Part shown: in pieces, positions 17,863 through 27,300 of the stretch | Numbering within the stretch: position 1 is the first letter of the stretch | Layout of the letters: each line of letters begins with the position of its first letter | Assembly (NCBI GenBank): GCA_044376115.1 | Contig: JBILLK010000007.1 | Location: 64,001-128,000, forward strand | Source of the DNA: Polyangiaceae bacterium | GTDB lineage: Bacteria; Myxococcota_A; Polyangia; Polyangiales; Polyangiaceae | DNA: 64,000 bases | Direction of reading: 5' to 3' | The notes under the pieces: model-generated | What the model was told of the DNA's origin: nothing | The model's input: the letters and a program-made list of their open reading frames with translations, nothing else | Database searches by the model: none | Translations under genes and position numbers: made by a program

Positions 17863-20800
17863 ATGTCCGCTCAAGCAGAAATCAACGGAAAGTCCCACGG
17901 AATCTCGCACTCTTCTACGCCGCTTGGCAGCCAAGCTGCGGGGCCGCTGCAGCGAGATTTCGAGCGTTGGAAGCAAGCCACCAAAGACCCCTCGGAGCTG
18001 AAGCTCGGAGTTGAAGGCTTTGCTTACCCGGACCTTTTCGACGCGGCCAAGCTCAGCGAGTTGATGAAGCTGTTCGAGGTTGGGCTGGCCGAGTCCGACC
18101 CGACGGCCTGGCAGCTGCTCGAGTCCTACCGCGCCAAAGGCGCAGAGCTCGGTCCGCTCGAGGTGAGCCGTGCGTTGCTCGCGGTTGCGCCGCACGTATC
18201 GCGTTTCATCGGGCGCCTGTTCAACGTGCAAGACGAGTTGGCGGCCAAGCTCAGCGCCGTGAACGAGCGCAAGCCGCTGTGGGACTTCAAGCGTGACTTC
18301 GTCAAGAAGCGCGTTCACAAGGCGAACGCTGCGCAGAGCTTCAGCCAGCGGGTCGCAGCGTTGTCGCCCGCCGAGCAAGCGAGCTTGGCCAATGCGGTGC
18401 TCGCTGCCGCCGTTACGGTCGCGGCGCCGGGCAAGGCAACGCCGGTGCCGGGGAGCTCGGATGAGGAGGATCTCGTCGCGCGCGCCGTGCTGTTCGTGCT
18501 CGAGATCGACGAGACGGGCCGCAAGGCTGCCAAGGCCGGCGGTGCGGTCTGGACGGAGGAGCTTCACGCGCGCGTTGCGCGGCTGCGCGAGAAGCTCGCG
18601 TCGCTCGCTGGCGTGCCCAGCGACGTGCTGCAGCTGGCTGCGAGCGTGCCCACCGACGCTGAGGATCTTGCGGTCACGGCGTTCGTGCTCGAGGCTGCGG
18701 AGGCCGCTTTGGCTTGGCGTTCGCGTGATCACCATGACCCTGTGTCGAAGTGGCCGTCATTGCGCGCTGCTCACACGGTCGAGCCGACGCAGCTCGTGAA
18801 GTTGCGCCGGCCGGATGAGGCGTTGCCCGAGCTCTTCGTCGGGCCGGAAGATGAGGTGCGTGCGCGTGACGGCTTTGCGCTGACCGATCGTCGCCGCGAC
18901 GGCCGCGCAGTCGAGCAAGAGGTGGACTACTGCCTGCTTTGTCACGACCGCGACAAGGACTCGTGCTCCAAGGGCCTGCGTGAGCCGAAGACGCAGGCGA
19001 TCAAGAAGAACGCGCTTGGCGTATCGCTCGATGGTTGTCCGCTCGAGGAGAAAATCTCCGAGATGCACACCATGCGCGGGGCAGGGGATTCGCTCGCGGC
19101 GCTCGCGCTGATCTGCGTGGACAACCCGATGTTGCCCGGGACCGGGCATCGCATCTGCAACGATTGCATGAAGGGCTGCGTGTTTCAGAAGCAGGAGCCG
19201 GTGAACATCCCCGAGGTGGAGACCAGCGTCCTCACCGACATCCTGAGTCTGCCCTGGGGCTTCGAGATCTACGGCTTTCTCACGCGCTGGAACCCGCTCA
19301 ACATCGCGCGGCCGACGATGCGCGCGTACAACGGCAAGAACGTATTGGTCGTGGGCTTGGGCCCGGCGGGCTACACGCTCTCGCACCACCTTTCGCAAGA
19401 AGGCTTCTTCGTCACCGCGATGGACGGCTTGAAGATCGAGCCGCTGCCGGTCGAGCTGACCGGGGACGAACAACATTCGCCCCGGCCGATCTTCGACTTC
19501 CAGGGTCTGTACGAGGAGTTGGACGAGCGCATCTTGCTCGGGTTCGGCGGCGTCAGCGAGTACGGCATCACCGTGCGCTGGGACAAAAACTTCCTCTCGG
19601 TGCTCTACATCACGCTCGCACGAAGCCGTAACTTCAAGGTGTTCGGCGGGGTTCGCTTCGGCGGTGCGATCACGCTCGAGGACGCTTGGCGGCTCGGCTT
19701 CGACCACGTGGCGATCGCGGCGGGCGCCGGCCGTCCGACCATCATCGACATCAAGAACAACCTCGCGCGCGGCATCCGCAAGGCCTCCGACTTCCTGATG
19801 GCGTTGCAGCTCTCCGGCGCCGCTAAACGCAGCAGCTTGTCCAACCTCGAGGTGCGCCTACCGGCGATCGTGATCGGCGGTGGGCTCACGGCGATCGATA
19901 CGGCGACCGAGCTGATCGCGTACTACCCGATCCAGGTTGAAAAGACCGCCGAACGCATCGCCGTCCTGATCACCGAGAAGGGCGACAAGGCGCTGGTCGA
20001 ATTGTTCGATGACGAGGAGCGGGCGTTCATCGCCGAGCAGCTCGGTCATGCGGCGCTGATTCGAGAGGAGCGCGCCAAGGCCGCAGCCGAGGGCCGTACG
20101 CCCAACTTCCAGGAGCTGATCGCCTCGTGGGGCGGTGTTTCCTTGGTTTACCGCAAGCGGGTGGTGGACTCGCCGGCCTACAGGCTCAACCACGAAGAGG
20201 TCGCCAAGAGTCTCGAGGAAGGCGTGCGCTACTTCGAGAACCTCTCGCCCGAGGAGGCCGTGCTCGACCGCTTCGGCGCGGTGAAGGCGATGAAGTTCGG
20301 CCGGCTCAAGCGCAACGAGGAGGGCAAGTGGGTGGACGCCAAAGAGACGCTGGAGCTCCCGGCGCGCACGGTGTGCGTAGCCGCGGGCACCCAGCCGAAC
20401 GTCACCTACGAGCGTGAATACCCGGGCACCTTCATGTTCGATTCGCGCGGGCAGTTCTTCCAGCCGCACACGGCGCGCACCAACGACCAGGGCGAGCTGG
20501 TGGTGGAGAAGGCCGAGCGCGCTCGCGACGGCTTCTTCACCAGCTACAACGACGGCAAACACGCCGTGAGCTTCTACGGAGACAACCACCCGCACTACGC
20601 GGGCTCGGTGGTGAAGGCGATGGCCAGCGCGAAGGACGCTTACCCCAAGGTCGCTGAGCTCTTCCGCCTGCACCTCGCCACGCTCGATCAAGAGCCGCAG
20701 GCCGCTCGCAATGCACGGCGCGCTCGCTTCGTGCGCACGCTCGAGGAGGAGTTCGGCGCGGTGGTCTACGAGGTCAACCGGCTGACCCCGACCATCGTCG

Positions 20801-21744
20801 AGGTGATCGTGAAAGCCACCGCAGCCGCCGCCAAGTTCGAGCCGGGGCAGTTCTATCGGTTGCAGAACTTCGAATGTTTGGCACCGATCGTCGGTGAAGA
20901 GGAGGGCGGGCTCGGCACGCGTCTGACGATGGAGGGCATCGCGCTTACTGGCGCCTGGGTGGACAAGGAGAAGGGCCTGCTCTCGCTGATCGCGTTGGAG
21001 ATGGGCACCAGCTCCAAGCTGCTCGCGAGCCTCAAGCCGGGAGAGCCGGTCGTGGTCATGGGGCCGACGGGCACTCCGACCGAAATCCCCGAGAACGAGA
21101 CGGTGCTACTCGCAGGCGGTGGCTTGGGCAACGCGGTGCTGTTCTCGATCGCCAAGGCCCTGCGTGCGCGCAAAGCCAAGGTCATCTACTTCGCCGGCTA
21201 CAAGAAGGGCGAGGACCTCTTTAAGCAAGAGGATATTGAAGTGGCGACCGACCAGGTGATCTGGTGCACCGATTCTGGCGTTGAGATCGCGCCGCGCCGC
21301 GAGAGTGACGTCCACTACCGAGGCAACATCGTGCAGGCGATGCTGGCCTACGCCAAGGGCGAGCTCGGCAAGCCGATCGTCAAGCTGAAGGAGGTGCACC
21401 GCATCATCGCCATCGGTAGCGATCGCATGATGAACGCCGTGCGAGATGCTCGGCACGGGGTGCTAGCGCCGTTTTTGGATCCCCGCCACGTGGCCGTCGC
21501 CAGCATCAACTCGCCGATGCAATGCATGATGAAGGAGGTCTGTGCGCAGTGCCTCCAACGTCACGTCGACCCAAAGACCGGCAAGGAGAGCTTCGTCTTC
21601 ACTTGCTACAACCAAGATCAGGATCTGGACGCGGTGGACTTCGAGAACCTGCGGGCCCGGCTCAAGCAGTCGAGCACGCAGGAGAAGGTCTCCAACGCTT
21701 ACTTCGACCACTTGGTCTCGGCCTATCACCTCGCTCGCGTTTGA
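17863..21744 (+). CDS. GltD/NfnB-like Fe-S flavoprotein fused to FNR/PyrK-like module (PRK06567-like)
   Basis: CLLCH...GCPL and RICNDCMKGC Fe-S motifs, GLGPAG (FAD), GGGLTAID (NADP), C-terminal GGGLGNA and MQCMMKEVCAQC...C (2Fe-2S). Confidence 0.88.
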   Translation: MSAQAEINGKSHGISHSSTPLGSQAAGPLQRDFERWKQATKDPSELKLGVEGFAYPDLFDAAKLSELMKLFEVGLAESDPTAWQLLESYRAKGAELGPLEVSRALLAVAPHVSRFIGRLFNVQDELAAKLSAVNERKPLWDFKRDFVKKRVHKANAAQSFSQRVAALSPAEQASLANAVLAAAVTVAAPGKATPVPGSSDEEDLVARAVLFVLEIDETGRKAAKAGGAVWTEELHARVARLREKLASLAGVPSDVLQLAASVPTDAEDLAVTAFVLEAAEAALAWRSRDHHDPVSKWPSLRAAHTVEPTQLVKLRRPDEALPELFVGPEDEVRARDGFALTDRRRDGRAVEQEVDYCLLCHDRDKDSCSKGLREPKTQAIKKNALGVSLDGCPLEEKISEMHTMRGAGDSLAALALICVDNPMLPGTGHRICNDCMKGCVFQKQEPVNIPEVETSVLTDILSLPWGFEIYGFLTRWNPLNIARPTMRAYNGKNVLVVGLGPAGYTLSHHLSQEGFFVTAMDGLKIEPLPVELTGDEQHSPRPIFDFQGLYEELDERILLGFGGVSEYGITVRWDKNFLSVLYITLARSRNFKVFGGVRFGGAITLEDAWRLGFDHVAIAAGAGRPTIIDIKNNLARGIRKASDFLMALQLSGAAKRSSLSNLEVRLPAIVIGGGLTAIDTATELIAYYPIQVEKTAERIAVLITEKGDKALVELFDDEERAFIAEQLGHAALIREERAKAAAEGRTPNFQELIASWGGVSLVYRKRVVDSPAYRLNHEEVAKSLEEGVRYFENLSPEEAVLDRFGAVKAMKFGRLKRNEEGKWVDAKETLELPARTVCVAAGTQPNVTYEREYPGTFMFDSRGQFFQPHTARTNDQGELVVEKAERARDGFFTSYNDGKHAVSFYGDNHPHYAGSVVKAMASAKDAYPKVAELFRLHLATLDQEPQAARNARRARFVRTLEEEFGAVVYEVNRLTPTIVEVIVKATAAAAKFEPGQFYRLQNFECLAPIVGEEEGGLGTRLTMEGIALTGAWVDKEKGLLSLIALEMGTSSKLLASLKPGEPVVVMGPTGTPTEIPENETVLLAGGGLGNAVLFSIAKALRARKAKVIYFAGYKKGEDLFKQEDIEVATDQVIWCTDSGVEIAPRRESDVHYRGNIVQAMLAYAKGELGKPIVKLKEVHRIIAIGSDRMMNAVRDARHGVLAPFLDPRHVAVASINSPMQCMMKEVCAQCLQRHVDPKTGKESFVFTCYNQDQDLDAVDFENLRARLKQSSTQEKVSNAYFDHLVSAYHLARV

Positions 21745-21822
21745 AGCTTCGCAGCCTAGTGAAGGCGCTGCACCAGGGCGCAGGCCTTGCGCGAATGGGC
21801 CTCGGACCCCTAGGCTGCGCCG

Positions 21823-22125
21823 ATGCTGCTCCACATCACCTTGTCGGTGCGTCGTTCCGAGCTCGAAGCCTTTCGCACCTTCGAGCATCACGCTGCTCGG
21901 GTGATGTCCAAGCACGGCGGTTCGATCGAGCGGGTGCTCGTGCTCAAGACGCGGGAAGACGAGCCTCACAAGGAGGTCCACATCTTGTCGTTCCCGTCCG
22001 AGGACGCCTACGCGGCCTACCGCGCCAGCCCCGAAATTGCGGCCTTCCAGCCGATGCGCGAGGTGTCGGTCGTGCGCACCGAGTTGGCGGTGGCGACGCC
22101 CGGCCCCGACTACGGCGCAGTTTGA
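21823..22125 (+). CDS. DUF1330-like protein
   Basis: VMSKHGG...EVHILSFPSEDAYAAYRASPE pattern. Confidence 0.7.
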   Translation: MLLHITLSVRRSELEAFRTFEHHAARVMSKHGGSIERVLVLKTREDEPHKEVHILSFPSEDAYAAYRASPEIAAFQPMREVSVVRTELAVATPGPDYGAV

Positions 22126-22126
22126 G

Positions 22127-22987
22127 CTAGTGCGCCTTGCGCCCGACCTGCTCGGCGTTGAAGGCGTTCGGGCAGAGCGTTTGCACGCCGCAAGCTGCAC
22201 AGGCGGGCCGCTCGGCGCCACATACGCGGCGGCCGTGGAAGATCAGCGTGTGTGAAAGCGGATCCCAATCTTCCCGCGGGAACAGTGAGCACAGCGCCTG
22301 CTCGATTTCTTCCGGGGTGTTCTTGCGCGTGAAGCCGAGGCGTTGCGCGAGCCGGAGCACGTGCGTGTCCACCACTACGCCGTCTGGCGTGCCCCAAATC
22401 ACGCCGAGCACCACGTTGGCTGTCTTCCGCCCGACGCCAGGTAGTGCAACCAACGCGTCGATTGAGCGCGGCACTTCGCCACCGTGGTTTTGCACCAAGG
22501 CCGCAGCCAGCTTGACGATGTTCTTGGACTTGACGTTGTACATGCCAAGCCCGCCCGCCTTCAGCAGCTCGCCGACCTGCTCGGGGTTGGCGCCGCCGAG
22601 CGCCGCCGCCGTTGGGTAGGTCTCGAAAAGACGCGGCGTGACCTTGTTGACCGCCTTATCGGTGGTCTGCGCCGAGAGCACCGTGGCCACGAGCAGCTGG
22701 AACGGCCCGTCGTGATCGAGCTCGCAGTGGGCGTCGGGGTGGAGCTTCCTGAGCTCGGCGAAGGTGTTGCGCGCCTTCGCCGAACGCTCCGCGAGCGTGG
22801 GCGGGCGACGCGGGGGAGCGCCCGCGTTGCTCTCGCCCTTGGCTTTGGCCGCCGGGGTCTTGGTCTCGCCCGCGGCTTTGGCTGCCGTTTTGGCTTTGGA
22901 AGGCGCGGCCTTGGCCTCAGATGAGGTTGCTGGGGCGCTTTTTCGTGTCTTGCTCTTCGAAGAACTTTTCGATGCTTGAGAGGCCAT
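22127..22987 (-). CDS. nth: endonuclease III with Lys/Ala-rich N-terminal extension
   Basis: LLVATVLSAQTTD, HhH LPGVGRKTANVV, VDTHV, C-x6-C-x2-C-x5-C 4Fe-4S motif. Confidence 0.95.
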   Translation of the reverse strand: MASQASKSSSKSKTRKSAPATSSEAKAAPSKAKTAAKAAGETKTPAAKAKGESNAGAPPRRPPTLAERSAKARNTFAELRKLHPDAHCELDHDGPFQLLVATVLSAQTTDKAVNKVTPRLFETYPTAAALGGANPEQVGELLKAGGLGMYNVKSKNIVKLAAALVQNHGGEVPRSIDALVALPGVGRKTANVVLGVIWGTPDGVVVDTHVLRLAQRLGFTRKNTPEEIEQALCSLFPREDWDPLSHTLIFHGRRVCGAERPACAACGVQTLCPNAFNAEQVGRKAH

Positions 22988-24179
22988 CTTCCACCGAGTC
23001 TGCGACGATCCGAAGGATCTTGTTGGGCTCGCCTTTGAGGGCCTCGTAGTAGGCCTGACGCTCCTTGGCGTGGATGATCGCCGGGGGGTAGCCGGCCCGG
23101 TAGAGCAGCAGGTTCATGAACAGCCGCGCGACCTTGCCGCTGTCGATCGGGAAGGGGAAGACGCGCAATAAATCATAGTGGGCGCGGGCTGCGATGCGCA
23201 CAGCGTTGCGGGTCTTGCGCGTCTCCGGCTCATTGAGCCAATCCACCACCAAGCGAACCTTGTAGGCGATCTTGTCGGGGGCGGCGTACTCGTGGAAGTA
23301 CAGCCGGTGCTGCGGGATATCTTTGCGGTACTTGACCGTCTTGAGGTCACCCTCGCTGGGGTGGAGGATGAGGTAGAGCTTGCGGATGGCGTCCACGGTC
23401 ACCGGGAGCCGCTTACGCAGGCCGAAGTCACGCACGTACTCGATCGCCTCGCGGTGGCGCCGGATCTCATCGGCGGCCGGTTGCAGGCTCGAATCCGCGA
23501 GGTTGGGCTCTTTGGCGAAGCCCGCTTCAATCTCTTCACGGGTGTAGACGGTGCCTTCGAGCGCGCTGTCGTGGCTGACCCAGGCCTGGTCATAGAGCCG
23601 GTAGAACTGCGCCTTGAACTCCTCGTCCTTCCCCTCGATCTTCGCGTCCAGCCGTTGGAACCGCTCTTCGATTGAAAGAGATGGCTCGAGCTTGCGCACC
23701 GGGATGGGCATCGAGGCCTGAATGAAGCCGGCCGGCGGCCGGTCACTGGCGGTGCGGGTGAGCGTCAGCGGGCCTTTTTGACCAGCCTTCCCCGCAGGAC
23801 CTTTGCCGGGAACCGACTTAGCAGCGGCCGGTGCACCGGCGGAGGAAGGTCGGGCGGCGCCCAAACCCGACGAACGCGCGGGGAGGAGCGTCAGGCTCTC
23901 TCCCGACTTGGTGCGAACGACGGTGGCCTCGCTCTTCGGCGGGGGCTTGGGAGGCGCCCCCTTGGCGGGCTTGGTCAGCGGCTTGGGGGCGACGACCTTG
24001 GCCGCCTTTGCGTCCTTGGCTCCACCCTTGGCCGGCTTTTCAGCCGATTTTGCGCCTCTTTCGGCGGCCTTGGGAGCAGCCGGCTTTTTTGCCCCGGCAA
24101 CCTTCTTGGCCGGCGCCTTCGCGTTGGCGCCTGATTTCGATTTGCTCGAGCCGCTTTTAGAGGTGCGTTTCGCCGCCAT
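22917..24179 (-). CDS. Fic-domain protein with non-canonical active site and histone H1-like N-terminus
   Basis: SALEG inhibitory helix; AARAHYDLLRVFPFPIDSGKVARLFMNLLL; GYPPAII; about 150-aa K/A/P-rich N-terminus. Confidence 0.85.
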   Translation of the reverse strand: MAAKRTSKSGSSKSKSGANAKAPAKKVAGAKKPAAPKAAERGAKSAEKPAKGGAKDAKAAKVVAPKPLTKPAKGAPPKPPPKSEATVVRTKSGESLTLLPARSSGLGAARPSSAGAPAAAKSVPGKGPAGKAGQKGPLTLTRTASDRPPAGFIQASMPIPVRKLEPSLSIEERFQRLDAKIEGKDEEFKAQFYRLYDQAWVSHDSALEGTVYTREEIEAGFAKEPNLADSSLQPAADEIRRHREAIEYVRDFGLRKRLPVTVDAIRKLYLILHPSEGDLKTVKYRKDIPQHRLYFHEYAAPDKIAYKVRLVVDWLNEPETRKTRNAVRIAARAHYDLLRVFPFPIDSGKVARLFMNLLLYRAGYPPAIIHAKERQAYYEALKGEPNKILRIVADSVEDGLSSIEKFFEEQDTKKRPSNLI

Positions 24180-24331
24180 GTTTTGGTCTCAGGGATGATG
24201 CGATGAAAATGCAAACAGATTGGCCCCCGACCCTTGTGAAAAGGCGCAGGTAAGCCATCCCGCCCATTTGGAGGGCGCCCACAGTCGCGCGAGACTAGTA
24301 GGGCGCCCAGTGTTTCGTCAATGCAGACCCA

Positions 24332-27300
24332 TCAAGAATCGATGGCGATTCCCAAGCGTGTACGCAGAGTGAAGAACTCTTCTGTGGCCGTAAACAGCAG
24401 CAGTTCCTTCTGACGCTCGCGGTTTTCATCTTGCGACTTCACCATCTCGAGGGCGATTTCGAGGTCGTTGGCCAGGATCAGGCCCGCGCGATCCGAGGAG
24501 TGATCCACGCCAACCACCCAGCGTTTGAGGTCGATCGCACCCGACTGCAGCAGCTTGGTGACCGAGCTGGTGAGCTGATCCCGTTGCGGCCCGTGAATCG
24601 ACTTCTCGAGCAGAGCGAGGTTGTCCCCGACCGGCCCTTCGAGCTCAGGCGCCACAGGGAAGGCCGAAACCACGAGCCGGATGGCTGCGAACAGCCAAGC
24701 GCGTAGCCCGGTGCCGGTGGGCACGAGGTGCCGGATGTACAGACCCGGGCGGTAGTAGGTGAGGTGCTTGGCTGCGATGAACGCCGCGGGCTGCTGCGGC
24801 AGCTCCAGCGCCAGTGCTGCCTGGCCCAACACCACCGCCGGCGTGTGCGCGTGAAGGAAGGCAAGACCGCCGCCGTCCTCCGGGTTCTGGAAGGTGAGCG
24901 GCGGCTCCATCCCGAGCACGCCAGCGGCGTAATAGAGCGTCTGGGACATCGGGTAGGGGTGACGCAGCAAATCGAGCGCGTAGGCAGCCTGGAAGCCCAG
25001 GGCCTCGAGCGGCTGACCGTTGCGCTTGAGCACCGCCGGCTCAATCAGCTGGAAGATGTGCGTCAGCAACGGATCGGCGTCCGAGTGCATCAGCAGCTGC
25101 CAATCTTCGTTGCTGAGTCGGGATTGCGCGGCCGCCGGGCCTTCCGGACGCATGCGCCGGAAGAAGCGCTCTTCGTCGGGCTCGGCCAGGTTCATGTTCA
25201 CCAGCGCTTGGCACAAGCACCAGGCTGCGTCGGCGCGCTTCGACTCGGTGTACAGCTTGCGAAGCAAACGGTACGGCTCCGGCTTGAGCGGGTTCTTGCG
25301 GATGATCGGCTTTTGAGCCGCGACAGCCTTGTCGAGGTACTGGGCCGGGTCGCTGGCGTACAAGGTGGCCAAGAGCTCATTGCGGGCGACGTTGTCGGGC
25401 TCGAGCGTTTGGGCCGCCTCGAAGGCGTCGATCGCCTCGGAGGTCCAGCCCAGCTTGTCGTGGTAGAGCTTGCCGAGCTGCTCGAAGGTCGCGAGGATCT
25501 TGTCGCGGTCGTTGGCCTCGGTGGCGCGGTCGAGTTGGATCTTGAGCAGCCGATCCACTGACTCGAAGTCCCGCATCTGGCCGCGAATGTCGATCGCCTC
25601 CAGCAGCGCCTTGTCCAGCGACGGGTCGAGCTCGAGCACCTCGTCGTAGAACTTGGCGGCGCGCTCGAGGTCCCCCATCTGCCGGCCGGCGACGATCGCC
25701 GCGGTGTGGAGGTATTTGGCCTTCTGCTTGGTGTCACCGACCATCGACGCGAGCTTGAGCACCACGTCCACCAGGCGGGACCAGTCCTTCTCCTCGCTGT
25801 AGAGCTGCATCAGCTTGGTGAGCACGCGGCGATCTTCCGGACGCTCGTCCAAGGCGGCCACGTAGCTCTTGCTGGCGCGCGTGCGGTCGTTGAGCTTCTG
25901 CGAGTAGATGTCGCCAACCTCGAGCAGCAGGTTGGTGCGCGCCTCGCCAGTGAGCGAGTCGAGCCGACGCATCTTCATGCGGATCAGCTCCTCCCAGTCA
26001 CCGGTCTGCTCGTACACACGTGAGAGCGCGTCGAGCGGCGCGTTCGACTCGGGATCGATGTCGTGGGCCTCGGCGAGGGGAGCCACGGCCTCCTTGAGTT
26101 CACCGAGGGCGATGCGAGCGTTACCGAGGCCGAGCAAGGCGTCGGAGCGCATGCGCATGGTGAGCTTGTCGTCGAAGCGCGTGAGCACGTCTTGGAACAG
26201 CACCACTGCGCGCTTGTGATCCCCGGAGCCGTCGGTGACGCGGGCCGAAGCCATCAGCGCCTCGGGCGAATCGGGGGCGAACTTGAGCAGCGTCTCGACG
26301 TGCGACTTGGCCTTCTCGGTGGAGCCGGTCTTCGCCAGCGACTCGATGTAGCGCATCACCACGCGTTGCGCGTCGGCGGGAGGTAGCGCGTCGGCGCGAC
26401 CAACCACCACGTCGTAGGACTTGGCAGCCTCGATGAAGCGGCCAGCCTCGAAGGCGGTGTCGGCGGTGACGGTGTGACCCAAGAGCGAGGTCGGATCGAG
26501 ATCGACCGCTTTGGTGGCGGCCTCGAGCGCGCGGGTGTTCTCCTTCAGCCGATCCCGCAGCAGCACGGCCATTTCACCGTAAAGGCGGGCCTTGGTGATC
26601 TTGCCGTCGGTGACTTCGATCTCGCGGGCAATCAGCTCCACGGCGCTGGCTGCGTCGCCGCGGGCCAAATACGCCTGGCGCAACGCGAGCGCCGCGATGG
26701 TGTTTTTGGAGGAGGCATCGAGGGCGGCCTTGTAGCGCTCGATCGCGCCGTCTTTGTCGCCCTTCTCCTCGAGCATCTTGGCCGCGCGAACCCAAAGATC
26801 GCTCTTTTGTTCGGGCTTTTCGGCTTTGCTGGCGAGGGATTCGACCGCCGAGATGGCCTCTTCGGCGTCGCCGGTGGCGATGCGTACGTTAGCCAAGGAC
26901 TCGAGTGCCCCTGCGTGGTTGGGGTCGATTTCGAGTACGCGCTCGTAGGCTGTCTTGGCGCGCAGCGGCGAGCCGACCTGCTCCACGAGCACGCGGCCGA
27001 GCGCGAGCAGCGCGTCGACGCGAGCCTTGTCTTCGGTGATCAGCTTGAGTTGCTTCTCGTAGCCGGCGACGACGTCCTCCCAGCGATCGAGCGCGCGGTA
27101 GTGGCGCATCAACGACACCAGCGAGGCGAGGTGGGTCGGATCGATCGCCAAGATGCGCTCGAGCGTCTCTGCCGACTTGGTGTGGTCGAGGAACTCCTCG
27201 TCCTGGATACCGGCCATGCGCTCGAGCAGGTTGATCTTCTGGCGGGGTGTGGCTGCGATGGCCAGCTGGCGCTCGAGGATCTCGAGCAGCTCGCCGTAGC

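Noticed and set aside
21750..21819. 10-bp inverted repeat CGCAGCCTAG/CTAGGCTGCG as a MITE
   Set aside because: Single short copy in the window with no target-site duplication; more likely an intergenic RNA stem
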